Shown here one piece after another: positions 40,101 through 49,160 of a stretch of DNA of 64,000 bases. The position numbers were made by a program, and so were the translations under genes. A model generated the notes under the pieces. It did no database searches, was not told the DNA's origin, and saw only the letters and a program-made list of their open reading frames with translations. The first letter of the stretch is position 1; each line of letters opens with the position of its first letter. The DNA is from Deltaproteobacteria bacterium (GTDB lineage Bacteria; Myxococcota_A; UBA9160; UBA4427), in assembly GCA_002709835.1 (NCBI GenBank), contig PAQX01000019.1:46197-110196 (forward strand), in the 5' to 3' direction.

Positions 40101-41637
40101 CGCGATCGCGCAGGGCACTGAAACAGACGTCGGTCCACGGCGAGCCCCCCGCGATCGAGTCGCGGAGTGCGTCGAGCTGCGCCGCGAGAGCCGGACGTTC
40201 GCGGGCGGACACGCAGAGCAACGAAGCACGGTCCAGGGACGGCTCCGGAGCAGGCCGCGCATCGCCTGGAATCGCCTCGGGTCCCGCGAGGACCACGTGC
40301 GCGTTGGTTCCGCTGAACCCGAAGGAACTGACGCCGGCGTTGCGCGCGCGGTCCGACTTCCAGGCTTCGGGATCACGCAGGATCTGGATCGGCGTTTCGT
40401 CCCACGGAATTCGGGTGCTCGGGGCCTCGCAATGCAGATGTTTCGGAAGCGACTCGTGATCGAGCGCGAGAATCGTCTTGATCACACCCCCGATCCCCGC
40501 CGCGGCTTCCATGTGTCCGACGTTGGTCTTGAGCGACCCGACGCGTACGACTTCGTCGCGCGCGCCACCGAAGACTTCACCGAGGGCCCGCGCTTCGATC
40601 GGGTCGCCGAGCTCGGTCCCCGTCCCGTGCGCCTCGACATAGTCGACATCGGCGGGCTCGATCCCGGCGTCGGCCAGCGCGGCTCGGATCACGGCCTGCT
40701 GGGCGGGGCCGTTCGGAACCGTCAGCCCCCCGCTCCGGCCATCCTGATTGACGGCGGAGCCACGTACGATCGCGAGCACGCGATCGCCGTCTCGCCGGGC
40801 CTCGTCGAGCCGCTTGAGGACGAGGACCCCGCAGCCCTCGGCTCGGCCGAAGCCATCCGCTCCCTCTCCGAAGGCCTTGCAGCGCCCGTCGGGCGCGAGC
40901 ATTCGCGCGCTCGAGAAGTTCACGGTGAACTCGGGCGAGAGCAATCGATTCACGCCCCCGACGAGTGCCGCACGACACTCGCCCCGACGTAGACTCGCGA
41001 CCGCGAGGTGGAGAGCGACGAGCGACGAAGAGCAGGCCGTATCGACGGCCATCGCCGGCCCGTTGAAGCCCCACGTGTAGGCGAGCCGGCCCGCGGCGAC
41101 GCTATGCGAGTTGCCCGTCGCCAGATACGGATCGATCGACTCGAGGGGCCGCGACAGAAGTCGTTGGGAGTAGTCGTGGCCACTGATGCCGACGAACACA
41201 CCGATGGAGTCACCCTGCCACTCCGACGGAACGACACGCGCGTGCTCCATCGCTTCCCAACCGACTTCCAACAAGAGCCGCTGCTGCGGATCGAGGGTCG
41301 CGGCTTCCCTCGGCGACAAGCCGAAGAAGGAAGCGTCGAACTCTCGAGGCGAACCGATGAACCCGCCTTCGCGCGTGACGACCTTTCCCGGCGTCGCGGG
41401 GTTGGAATCGAAGAGCGCCTCGGCGTCCCAGCGATCGGTCGGCACGGGGCCGATCGCGTCGCCTCCGCGATCGAGAAGCTCCCAGAAGGCATCCGGATCC
41501 TCGCCCCCGGGAAAACGGCAACCGAGCCCGATCACCGCGACCGGGGCGCGCGAAGCTCGTTCGCTCGCCTCGAGTCGTGACTGCAGCCGCTCGATCGTCT
41601 TCATCGCGCGGAGGAGTCGTTCGCGATCCTGACTCAT
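34192..41637 (-). CDS. type I PKS module: KS-AT-DH-cMT-ER-KR-ACP (2481 aa)
   Basis: KS: DTACSSSLVALH, EAHGTGTELGD, NVGHME. AT: GHSIGEY, HAFHS. DH: HRVFGDSVLP, DPIVADACVQ. cMT: LRVLEIGAGTGATT. ER: VLVHAGAGGTGMAAIQ. KR: ITGGFGGLGLA, LED, PKVEG, YSSAAS, AAHVAAN. ACP: LGLDSLMAVDL. Joined to the upstream gene by an ATGA overlap (41634-41637). Confidence 0.95.
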   Translation of the reverse strand: MSQDRERLLRAMKTIERLQSRLEASERASRAPVAVIGLGCRFPGGEDPDAFWELLDRGGDAIGPVPTDRWDAEALFDSNPATPGKVVTREGGFIGSPREFDASFFGLSPREAATLDPQQRLLLEVGWEAMEHARVVPSEWQGDSIGVFVGISGHDYSQRLLSRPLESIDPYLATGNSHSVAAGRLAYTWGFNGPAMAVDTACSSSLVALHLAVASLRRGECRAALVGGVNRLLSPEFTVNFSSARMLAPDGRCKAFGEGADGFGRAEGCGVLVLKRLDEARRDGDRVLAIVRGSAVNQDGRSGGLTVPNGPAQQAVIRAALADAGIEPADVDYVEAHGTGTELGDPIEARALGEVFGGARDEVVRVGSLKTNVGHMEAAAGIGGVIKTILALDHESLPKHLHCEAPSTRIPWDETPIQILRDPEAWKSDRARNAGVSSFGFSGTNAHVVLAGPEAIPGDARPAPEPSLDRASLLCVSARERPALAAQLDALRDSIAGGSPWTDVCFSALRDRECFEERVAVVARDRTSALEAIERVQTRLAAEDGGVRQPAHRKPRVAFLFTGQGSQAIGMGRGLYATQPAFRAAIDRCADWLSANAGLDLLGLIHPAPGGEGWEERAARELEKTEHAQPALFALAYGLCEAWRAWGVEPSAVLGHSIGEYAAAVAAGVLGVEEALEAVVLRGRLMGSLPPNGGMVVVFGEPEKVGSALPAGVEIAAMNGPRNTVIAGTNADLAAATEALSALGFESQRLAVSHAFHSDLMAPILGDFERDFRAVPSAPGLRFYSTATGARVLEERLDAAYWTRQIRSPVRYAEAVSALVEDGIDLLVEIGSRPTLIPLSSRIAPEWQGPRIPSLRGRSEDGEDFLAALGAAFEAGVGLHWGDAPGAAVDLPTYRFVRREHWAAPDASERGHAALAQSTVEPRRQGVLGPALHPGDGDRSIHALSRDVLAQPIWQGHRVFGDSVLPAAGLWGLGLEAARRLGGEDARLRISAVHFTGALRLDQAEDAQIEVEPAANGRRFRVLSRTPNGDWDTHCVGRIDSGAAADARPSADLEAIRGRCPNSVDPEDCWARLAAQSVTYAPAWRLLEAVQLGENEALARIRRPERVGFGFAWDPIVADACVQACSALFLDRAEAETFLPASVGTVVVHGLPGEGGFVHAHLRTEIVRDSVSVSIDVYDGEGRPLLSLVDLRLRPISEARWHHERVDPDWFYHVRVDERRVVTALPQPRPEEVVEALTPAFRREAESDEQRAYTEVLGELDAAARGYAWSCRERLGEDATVPPRFERLWRRIRELACEAETRGEGGVSAEELGASLAALVESTPSASSEAALLERCGGSLAGVLRGEVAPMSLLFPDGDGTLVEAIYASSTGARLMNEQVAAAFAQLRREVAENGGERRPLRVLEIGAGTGATTRFLLDQLGGVDYTVSDVAPLLVERARERFGEHESLRFERFDVTAEPVGQGIALGSHDVVVAANVLHATSDLRRTLERIGGLLAPGGSLLLLESTSVVPFLDLIFGLTEGWWAFEDEALRPAHPLLSAAAWVELLRESGFEATALRPSESHEAAQSLIVARRPESPSVVLGRTVVLGEDEPLVNALTSTLEASSILGEAECDHVLLVPTPSADPKALAQQIDRVLSTIRDLVDRASRPRLTLVTRGATGEGHEVPTQAVLAGLIQVARLEHPGLDCARIDVDPSAAVDAQRTAVLEALASPVREARRLRDGKTRVERLERLPLASPDPRPASDYRIEPATRGEEGGVRFVPATTDAPGPGEVVVEVLAAGLNFIDVLDSMGMLPFERGWLGVECCGRVLEVGEGVKRCAVGDRVIALCEGSFRDRAIVRDLHLARLPGAFSALEGATLPATFLTAWQALVEVAGIEPGQTVLVHAGAGGTGMAAIQVARARGVRVFATASREKWETLRELGVEAPLDSRRPGFGEAVRLATDGRGVDVILNSLTGDFIDEGLRALAPGGTFLEIGKRDLRREEDIRAIRDDVDYRIVDLMTMAADEPERIANLFDAWLPALERGDLGPLPRQIFAVGHAGAALRFMRNARHTGKIVLDFGASGMPVDAEASYLITGGFGGLGLATARWLADAGARSIVLMGRRVPEEMPAELDGLVDRGVEVVCAAGDVAHAEDVDSAIEVAERCGPLRGVVHAAGVLEDGLLKGLDAEKIGTVLRPKVEGALQLDRATRSRSLDFFVLYSSAASLLGSPGQAAHVAANGFLDALALHRRRRALPALSVGWGPWSETGSAANENVAAAMRGRGIGPIRTNQGLAALGALLGRADVTRVGVVPIDWAKASGFARDPFFSLFANESPARPAAAPKGPTTSPDEGVFAGLDRMPQKRRRGEIRRRLQREIGLVLGLPEGELPSAVDGFFDLGLDSLMAVDLTARLEASASLEFSSTTLFEYPNIAELSDHLDALVFANATEPEPGRDPEQPRTETPVGTPGQPIPHSAGEEEDFEAALAVELDALGELLND

Positions 41638-44600
41638 GCCGGATCCTCGTTCCCGAGTGCGAGCAGCGCCTCGAGCTCATCGAGTTTCCGATCGATCGCG
41701 TCCTCGTCCGGCGCAGTAGTCGATTCGCCGCGCGGGTCGCCCGCACCCGACGTGGAGCCTTCCGGGGTGCGGACTGCGAGATCCGGCGTAGGCGCCGAAT
41801 CGGGGAACAGGCGCGCCTCCAGCAGATCGAGCAGAGCGACCGGCGTCGGATGATCGAAGAGCAGTGTTTCCGGAAGCGCGATCCCGAGGTCGGATTCGAT
41901 CCGGTTCCCCAGCTCGAGGGCCGTCAGGGAGTCGACGCCGAGATCGAAGAAGCCGAGACGCGGATCGATCGCATCCGGCGTGAGGTCGAGAACCCGCGCG
42001 AGATGTTCGATCACGTGCTCATCGAGTCGCTCACGACGTTCTCCGGGCGGGAGTGCCGCAAGGGTTTCGAGCAGACGCGCCGCTTCGACGCCGACCGGAG
42101 TCGCGCCGCTCTGGGCTGCGTCGGCTTCGGCGTCGGAGAGCACCTGCTCGAAGTAGGGAAGCGACGCGACCGCGGGAATCCGCGAGACCTGATCGAGGTC
42201 GGCCTCGATGATCCCGATCGTGCCCCGCCGCGCGTTCCACACGTGACCGAGATGATCGAGGGCCTCCTTCGGCGCAAGCATGCCGATCCCGGGCAGCGCG
42301 CCGAGCGCCTCTCGCCGCCCGAGCACCGCTTCCGACTCGTCTTCCACACCTTCTTCCGTATACGCGAGCGCGGCGCCGATCTCGCTCCAGGGGCCCCATG
42401 CGATACTCAAGGCGGGCAGGCCGAGAGCACGGCGATATTCCGCGAACCCATCGAGGAATCGATTGGCTGCCGCGTGGTTGGTCTGCCCGGGCGCGCCGAG
42501 CAGACCCGACGCCGACGAGAAGAGTACGAAGGCCTCGAGCGGGAGGTCCCGGGTCACGTTGTGGAGATGGACGGTCCCGTCGACCTTGGGCGCGAGGACC
42601 CGTTCGAAGTCCTCACGCTCGAGCCGACCGATCGCGCCGTCCGCGAGGGTCCCCGCAGCATGGATCACGCCCGCGAGCGGAACCCCACTCTGCTGCGTCG
42701 TCCACGGAGCCAACGCCTCGGCGAGGCCGGCTTCGTCCGTGACGTCGGCCTGGACGAGGGTGACCGAGGCGCCCAGGGCTTCGAGCGCGCGAAGGTCTTC
42801 TACCTGACGGCCCTCCGGTCGGGCGTTGCGTGCGAGGAGAACGAGATGTAGCGCCCCGCCATCCACGAGCCAACGCGCGACCGCGAGGCCCAGGCCACCG
42901 AGGCCACCCGTCACGAGATAGGCCGCGTCGTCGCGCAGTGAGAAAGGCACGGAATGGATCGCGGCCGCGTCCCCCGTGTCCCTGGAGAAGTCGAGAACGA
43001 GCTTTCCGACGTGCTGTCCGCGCTGCATCGTCCGGAACGCGCGGGTCGCCGCCGCGGCTTCGATCCGGCTCGTCGGCAGGGGGCGCCAATCGTGCTGGTC
43101 CACGCCCGAGACGACGCGTTTCAAAACGTCGGCCACTTCGCTCGGCGCCTCCGAGGACAGCGCCGCGAGATCGAGCACGAAATGGGAAAGGTCCGGGCGA
43201 CTCGCCGCGATCTCCTCGGGCGACGGTCCCTGGCCCTTGCCGATCTCGACGAAGCGACCGCCCGCGACCGTCACGTCGATCGAGCGCTGTCGCATTTCGC
43301 CAGGGAGTGCACTCAGGACGACGTCGACGCCCCGCCCGCCTGTCGCTTCGAGCACCGCCTCTGCAAATCCCGGATCCCGGGAGTCGAGCGCGAGTTCCAC
43401 GCCCAAAGCTTCGAGCGCGGCACGCTTCGAGGCGCTCGCGCTCCCGAAGACCCGAGCTCCCCGGGAACGCGCGATCTGGACCGCGGCCTGTCCCACCCCA
43501 CCCGTCGCGTTGTGGATGAGGACCGTCTCGCCCGGACCAAGCGCCGCGCGGTCGAGCAACCCGGCCACGGCGGTCGCGAACGCGACCGGAAGCGTCGCCG
43601 CTTCCACGAAGTCGAGGCCGCGCGGCAGACGCACGGCGAGCCCCGCACGGACGACGACCTCGGATGCGAAACAACCGGCCCCGAGCGCCATCACCGGATC
43701 GCCCACGGAAAGGCCCTCGACATCCGACCCGATTTCCGCGACGACCCCGACGCACTCGCAGCCCATCTCGCCCGGCTCCGGGTAGAGGTCGAGGGCGATC
43801 AGCACGTCGCGAAAATTCAGGCCTGCCGCACGCACGTCGACGCGGACCTCGTCGGACCCGAGCGACGGAACGCACTCGCCGGCTTCCATCGCAAGCTGGT
43901 CCAGCGTACCGACGGCACGATGAACCAAGCGCCGAGGCGCCTCCGCGCCGTGAACGGAGCCTACCCGAGCGAGACGGGCGACGCGACGGCGACCGCCTGC
44001 GTAGTTCACCTCGACCTCGTCGTTCGTCGAACGAAGTTCCGCGACGGCCTCGGACGAAGAATCCGCCACGATGAGCCGGGTCCGCCAGGTCGGGCGCTCG
44101 AGGGCGAGGGCCTGGAGGAAGCCTCGGATCGCAGACGCCGCGAGTCGGTCCTCCTTCGAGGGATCGATCACGACGACGGAGAGTTCGAGATGGGTCGAAC
44201 GCGCGGCCCGAGTAGTTTCCTCGAAGAGCGAGACGACCGGCTCACGGATCGAAGCGTCGAGCGAAGCTCCGGAGGGCGGAACGACGACGAGGTGCGCGTC
44301 CTCATCTTCAATGGAAAGAGACGAGCGCGACACGGGATGGCCCGCTTCGCGCAGCTTCGCCTCGAGCCTGTCGAGGGGATCGCCTTCGCCCACGAGCCGA
44401 ATGGGCCGAGCGACACGCGACTTGAACGCGACGAGCACACTCTGCGCAGGCGCCGCCGCCTCCTCCGGGAGCATCGGCGCACTGTCCACGAAACCCGCCT
44501 CGGCCAGTACCGAATCCCAGTCCGCGCCCGAGAGCAGCGGCGCGTGCGCGCGACGGGACGCATCGTCGAAACGCCACCATCCCTCCGTGACGCCGAAGAC

Positions 44601-47600
44601 GAGGTCGAGCCACGGCTGCGATCGCGTGCCCTCGAGCAGAACGAGAGCGCCGCCCGGTGCGAGAAGCGTCTCGATCTGCCGAAGAGAACCCACGACATCG
44701 GCCGTCGCATGCACGACGTTCGCCGCCAAGATCAGATCGAAGCGATCGTGACCGACCGCCGGGCGCTCGAGGTCGAGGGTCTCGAAGTCCATATTCGCGC
44801 GGTCGGCGAATCGGGCGCGGGCACGGGCGACGAGCTGCGGAGAGAGGTCGGTGAACGTATACGACGAGCCTTCGGCGCGATCGTCGAGAATCGACAGGAC
44901 GTGCTCGGTCGTCCCCCCGGTTCCGCCGCCGAGTTCGAGGACCCGGAGCGGTCGCCCGGCGGCGGCGTCCGATAGATGCGCGATCACCCGGCCGACCTGA
45001 GCGTTCATCGCGCGCGCTCCGACCGACTCGCCGTACAGCGCCTGGAGCCGACCGGCGTCGCCCTTCGGAAAGAGGACCGACAGCGGATCGACTTCTCCGC
45101 GTAGAATCCGCGGCAGCGCTTCGCCGACGCGATCGACGAACTCGGCTTCCGTCTCGAGCGCCGGGTACCGGTTCACCAACGCCGTCCCATCGCTGCCCGC
45201 CGCTCCAGACGAAACGCTGGCGGCCATCTCCTGGAGGCGCGCCACGAATCGCGCCGTCGTTCTCGACGATCCCAACGCCTCCAGGTCGACGTCCTCGAGT
45301 GCACGCTTCGCGTGTCCCGCGGCCACGTGGTCGAGTTCGGCCAGTCCTTTCTGATAGGCCTCGACCTGCGGGTCGCCCAAAGCGCGGTCGAAGTCCGGAG
45401 CGATGGCCTTCGCCAGGACCGAAGCAGCCGGGAACGACGGGGGCGCTTCGATGGCCGTGCCTGACGCTTCGACGTACTCGACGTCGAAGTAGGGGAGCAG
45501 ACGATCCCCCGCGAGCGCGGCCCCGGGGCCCGAGAAACGACCGAGAATCAGACGATCGAGGGTCGCGACGACCTGGCCTTCCAGACCGAGCCAGCGAACA
45601 CACGCGCTGCCATCCTCGGACCGGGAGGCCTTGATCCTGCGCGCACGATCCAGCGCGCTCTCGATCCTCAACCCCCGTAGCGCGATCGGGACGAGCGTCT
45701 CGTCTTCACGCGACGGACCGAGATTCGTCTCGAAGAGCGGCCCCGCCGCCTGGAGTCCGAGGTCGAGCAACTGGACCGGATCCGCGCCGACATCGGCGTG
45801 AAGGCTCGCCAGCACCTCGTCGTCCTGAATCACGATCCCGTCGATCCCCTGGAAGCGGGCTCCGTACGCGAGCCCCCGATCGGCGAGCTTCGAGTAGAAC
45901 TCGGAAGCCGAGACCGAAGGGACCGCGTGCCAATCGGCGTCCGGACCGTCGATCCCTGCTGTGATCGATGACGCGACCCGTTCCAGGCGTCCATGCGCAT
46001 GGAGCACGAATTCATCGTCGGCCCGCGACCAGATTTCGAAGCGATGCCCTCCCTCCTTCTCGGGCTGGAGTTGGGTCTGGATCTCACGGCGGCACGAAGC
46101 CGGAAGCACGAGCGGTGCGCGCAGGGTCAGCTCCGAGACACAGGCGGTCGCGTCGGCGCGGATGTAACCGGCCGCCCGAGCCGCCGCGAGCGCGAGTTCC
46201 ACGAATCCAGTCGCCGGCCACCAGACCTCGCCCTGGACGACGTGATCCGCGACACGGCGATCGCCCCCGTCCACCTCCATCGAGAAGCAGCGAACGAGGT
46301 CGCCCGCGATGGGAACGCGACGCCCGGGCCATGCGCTCGTCGTGAGGGGCCGTGCCAACTCCGCGGAAGCCGGATCGATCCAATAGCGCTCGCGCAGGAA
46401 GGGCTGGTTCGGGAGACGAGATCGCACGGCCCCCGCGGCTCCCGCGACGCCTCCCCAATCGACGTCGACTCCGGCGTCATAGAGGCTGGTCAGCGCCGAA
46501 TCGATCGCCAGCACGCGCGCCGCCCCCGGCCGAGCGGGGCGTAGACTCGGCGCGCCGAAGAAGGGACTGCCGAGCATCGCGCGCGACAGCCCGAGCAGCG
46601 TCGAGCGGGGTCCGATCTCGACGAACCGCGTCGACGGCGCATCCTCCGCGACGCCGAGGGCGCCGAGGGCCTCGCGGAATCGAACGGGCTCCGTCAGCTG
46701 CCGCACCCAATGCGCGGCGCCGAGCGACGCCCCATCGACTCGGCTCCCCGTCACCGTCGAGGCCCAGCGTGTCGCAGCCGGCGCGAACCGGATCGAGGCG
46801 CCGGCCTCCGCGAACGCCCCCGCCATCGGCGCCATCATGCGTCCGTGGAACGCGTGGGAGACGCTCAGCCGCGTCGCGCGAATCGATCTTTCGGACGCGC
46901 GCGCTGCGATCCGTTCGATCGCGTCAGGCGGACCGGCGACGACGGATTCGGCCCCATTGTCAGCCGCAAGGTCGACGGGCTCCCCTTCGAGAAGCGCTTC
47001 GATTTCGCTTGCCGGACGGGAGAGCGCCAACATTGCGCCGCCGGGAAGCGCCTGCATCATTCGTCCGCGCTCCGCGACCCAGAGGAGCGCTTCGTCCCAG
47101 TCGAGCGCGCCCGCGACGCAGGCCGCGGCGAACTCGCCGACGCTATGTCCGAGAACGGCGTCCGGCTCGATGCCCCACGATCGCCAGAGCGCGACCAGCG
47201 CGCGTTGGAGCGAGAAGATCAGGGGCTGCGCGAGCCCCGTCTGCTCCAGCACCGCTTCCGAGACCGCGTCCGTCTCGCCTGAGAACACGGCGAGCAGGTC
47301 GGGACCACCGGCTTCGCGAAGTCGCGACGCGCAGCGCTCGATCGTTTCCCGGAACACGGGCTCACGTTCGAAGAGTTCGTGACCGAGGGCCGGGTAGAGC
47401 CCACCCTGCCCCGAGAACAGAAAGACGACACGGGGGGACGACGAGACCCGCCCGACGTCCGTGGTCGCCAGGGCCTCGAGCTCGTGAACGAGGGTTTGGG
47501 GATCCGCGGCCGCGATCGCGCGGCGATAGGGCCCCTGACTTCGACGTTCGTTGTGGAAGGCGCATCGCTCGGCCAGGTCGCCGCGAAGGCCCTCGCCCCA

Positions 47601-49157
47601 GCGCGCATAGGCGCGCGCGAGCACGTTCAGGTGGGAGGCGCTCTTCGCCGAGAGCGCGAGGACGGCTGGCCGGGTCTCGTTTCCCGCGGCTTCACGCGGA
47701 TCGCCTCGGACCTCGGTCGAAAGCCCTGTCACGAGTCGACTCGCCTCCGAGTCGACGGATTCGACGACGAGATGCGCGTTCGTGCCGCTCATCCCGAAGC
47801 TGCTGATCCCGGCGCGACGCGGTCGATCCGCCTCGGGCCACGCGAGGGTCTCGGTCGGAACGGTGAAGCCGAGTCGGTCGAAGTCGATCCGCGGCGACGG
47901 TCGGTCGCAGTGGAGGTGACTCGGAATCCGAGCGGCCGAGAGCGCGAGGACCAGTTTCAGCAGGCCCGCAGCGCCCGCCGCGGATTCGAGATGGCCGAGA
48001 TTCGTCTTGACCGATCCGACATAACAAGGCGCCTCTCGCGGACCGAGCGCGTCGTGCAGCGCATCGAGCTCGATCGGGTCTCCGAGCGGCGTCCCCGTCC
48101 CGTGCGCCTCGACGTAGTCGAGGTCGCGACCGGACCAGCCAGCGTCCTGGAGCGCGGCGCGAACGACCTCCGTCTGGGCCGATCGGCTGGGCGCCGTTAG
48201 GCCGTTGCTCCGTCCGTCGTGGTTGATCCCCGAGCCACGGATCAACGCGAGCGTGTCCTGAGGGTCCGCCTCGCCCGCTCGCTCGAGAACGAATGCCGCG
48301 CAGCCCTCACCGCGTCCATAGCCGTCGGCGTCTTCCGAGAAGGTCTTGCAGCGCCCGTCGGGCGAGAGCGCCCGCAACTTGCAACACGCGACCGTGGACT
48401 CCGGCGTGAGCACCAGGTTCACGCCGGCGACGAGTGCCCGATCGATCTCGCGCCGACGAAGCGCCTGGAGAGCGAGGTGGATCGCAACGAGTGAGGAGGA
48501 GCAGGTCGTGTCGATCTGGAGCGCCGGTCCGTTCAGGCCGAACGTGTACGCGATCCGACCCGCCGCGATCGCCCGCTGTGAACCCAGCGCGCTGTGGGCG
48601 TCGATCCGCGCCGGATCGCCTGATCGAACGGTGCGATTGGCGTAGTCGTCGAGACTGAGTCCGACGTAGACGCCCGTTCGCGAGCCACGCAACGAGTCGA
48701 TCGGGATTCCTGCGTTCTCGAAGGCTTCGTGGGCACACTCGAGAAGCAGTCTCTGCTGTGGATCGAGGTTCCGCGCCTCGCGCGGTGAGATCCCGAAGAA
48801 CCCCGGATCGAACCCGGCAGGATCTTCGACGAACGCGCCGCGTCGCGTGTACATCCGTCCGGGCACGTCGGGGTCCGGGTCGTACCAGGCTTCTACGTCC
48901 CAGCGCTCGGGCGGAACCTCGCTCGTCGCATCAAAGCCGCGTTCCAGGGCGGACCAGAACGCTTCGGGGGATTCGATTCCACCGGGAAGACGGCAAGCCA
49001 GACCCGTGATCGCGACGGGGGCGCGCTCCGCTGCGTCCCGCGCCTCCAGTTCACCCCGAAGCGCGCGCAGTTCGAGGGCGGCTTCGCGCAGGAGTGCATC
49101 CCGGTCGTCGACCGACCGCGCGCCCGATTCGGGCCCGGCACTCTTGCGCGACGTCAC
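41634..49157 (-). CDS. type I PKS module: KS-AT-DH-cMT-ER-KR-ACP (2507 aa)
   Basis: KS: DTTCSSSLVAIH, EAHGTGTPLGD, NLGHLE. AT: GHSVGEF, HAFHG. DH: HVVQGEVWWP, LLDLGLQ. cMT: LRVLELGGGTGGTT. ER: VLIHNATGGVGQAAVQ. KR: VTGGLGGLGLA, LAD, PKVDG, FSSASG, TNHAAAN. ACP: LGVDSLTALEL. Has a coiled-coil-like N-terminal leader. Confidence 0.95.
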   Translation of the reverse strand: MTSRKSAGPESGARSVDDRDALLREAALELRALRGELEARDAAERAPVAITGLACRLPGGIESPEAFWSALERGFDATSEVPPERWDVEAWYDPDPDVPGRMYTRRGAFVEDPAGFDPGFFGISPREARNLDPQQRLLLECAHEAFENAGIPIDSLRGSRTGVYVGLSLDDYANRTVRSGDPARIDAHSALGSQRAIAAGRIAYTFGLNGPALQIDTTCSSSLVAIHLALQALRRREIDRALVAGVNLVLTPESTVACCKLRALSPDGRCKTFSEDADGYGRGEGCAAFVLERAGEADPQDTLALIRGSGINHDGRSNGLTAPSRSAQTEVVRAALQDAGWSGRDLDYVEAHGTGTPLGDPIELDALHDALGPREAPCYVGSVKTNLGHLESAAGAAGLLKLVLALSAARIPSHLHCDRPSPRIDFDRLGFTVPTETLAWPEADRPRRAGISSFGMSGTNAHLVVESVDSEASRLVTGLSTEVRGDPREAAGNETRPAVLALSAKSASHLNVLARAYARWGEGLRGDLAERCAFHNERRSQGPYRRAIAAADPQTLVHELEALATTDVGRVSSSPRVVFLFSGQGGLYPALGHELFEREPVFRETIERCASRLREAGGPDLLAVFSGETDAVSEAVLEQTGLAQPLIFSLQRALVALWRSWGIEPDAVLGHSVGEFAAACVAGALDWDEALLWVAERGRMMQALPGGAMLALSRPASEIEALLEGEPVDLAADNGAESVVAGPPDAIERIAARASERSIRATRLSVSHAFHGRMMAPMAGAFAEAGASIRFAPAATRWASTVTGSRVDGASLGAAHWVRQLTEPVRFREALGALGVAEDAPSTRFVEIGPRSTLLGLSRAMLGSPFFGAPSLRPARPGAARVLAIDSALTSLYDAGVDVDWGGVAGAAGAVRSRLPNQPFLRERYWIDPASAELARPLTTSAWPGRRVPIAGDLVRCFSMEVDGGDRRVADHVVQGEVWWPATGFVELALAAARAAGYIRADATACVSELTLRAPLVLPASCRREIQTQLQPEKEGGHRFEIWSRADDEFVLHAHGRLERVASSITAGIDGPDADWHAVPSVSASEFYSKLADRGLAYGARFQGIDGIVIQDDEVLASLHADVGADPVQLLDLGLQAAGPLFETNLGPSREDETLVPIALRGLRIESALDRARRIKASRSEDGSACVRWLGLEGQVVATLDRLILGRFSGPGAALAGDRLLPYFDVEYVEASGTAIEAPPSFPAASVLAKAIAPDFDRALGDPQVEAYQKGLAELDHVAAGHAKRALEDVDLEALGSSRTTARFVARLQEMAASVSSGAAGSDGTALVNRYPALETEAEFVDRVGEALPRILRGEVDPLSVLFPKGDAGRLQALYGESVGARAMNAQVGRVIAHLSDAAAGRPLRVLELGGGTGGTTEHVLSILDDRAEGSSYTFTDLSPQLVARARARFADRANMDFETLDLERPAVGHDRFDLILAANVVHATADVVGSLRQIETLLAPGGALVLLEGTRSQPWLDLVFGVTEGWWRFDDASRRAHAPLLSGADWDSVLAEAGFVDSAPMLPEEAAAPAQSVLVAFKSRVARPIRLVGEGDPLDRLEAKLREAGHPVSRSSLSIEDEDAHLVVVPPSGASLDASIREPVVSLFEETTRAARSTHLELSVVVIDPSKEDRLAASAIRGFLQALALERPTWRTRLIVADSSSEAVAELRSTNDEVEVNYAGGRRRVARLARVGSVHGAEAPRRLVHRAVGTLDQLAMEAGECVPSLGSDEVRVDVRAAGLNFRDVLIALDLYPEPGEMGCECVGVVAEIGSDVEGLSVGDPVMALGAGCFASEVVVRAGLAVRLPRGLDFVEAATLPVAFATAVAGLLDRAALGPGETVLIHNATGGVGQAAVQIARSRGARVFGSASASKRAALEALGVELALDSRDPGFAEAVLEATGGRGVDVVLSALPGEMRQRSIDVTVAGGRFVEIGKGQGPSPEEIAASRPDLSHFVLDLAALSSEAPSEVADVLKRVVSGVDQHDWRPLPTSRIEAAAATRAFRTMQRGQHVGKLVLDFSRDTGDAAAIHSVPFSLRDDAAYLVTGGLGGLGLAVARWLVDGGALHLVLLARNARPEGRQVEDLRALEALGASVTLVQADVTDEAGLAEALAPWTTQQSGVPLAGVIHAAGTLADGAIGRLEREDFERVLAPKVDGTVHLHNVTRDLPLEAFVLFSSASGLLGAPGQTNHAAANRFLDGFAEYRRALGLPALSIAWGPWSEIGAALAYTEEGVEDESEAVLGRREALGALPGIGMLAPKEALDHLGHVWNARRGTIGIIEADLDQVSRIPAVASLPYFEQVLSDAEADAAQSGATPVGVEAARLLETLAALPPGERRERLDEHVIEHLARVLDLTPDAIDPRLGFFDLGVDSLTALELGNRIESDLGIALPETLLFDHPTPVALLDLLEARLFPDSAPTPDLAVRTPEGSTSGAGDPRGESTTAPDEDAIDRKLDELEALLALGNEDPA

Positions 49158-49160
49158 GCC

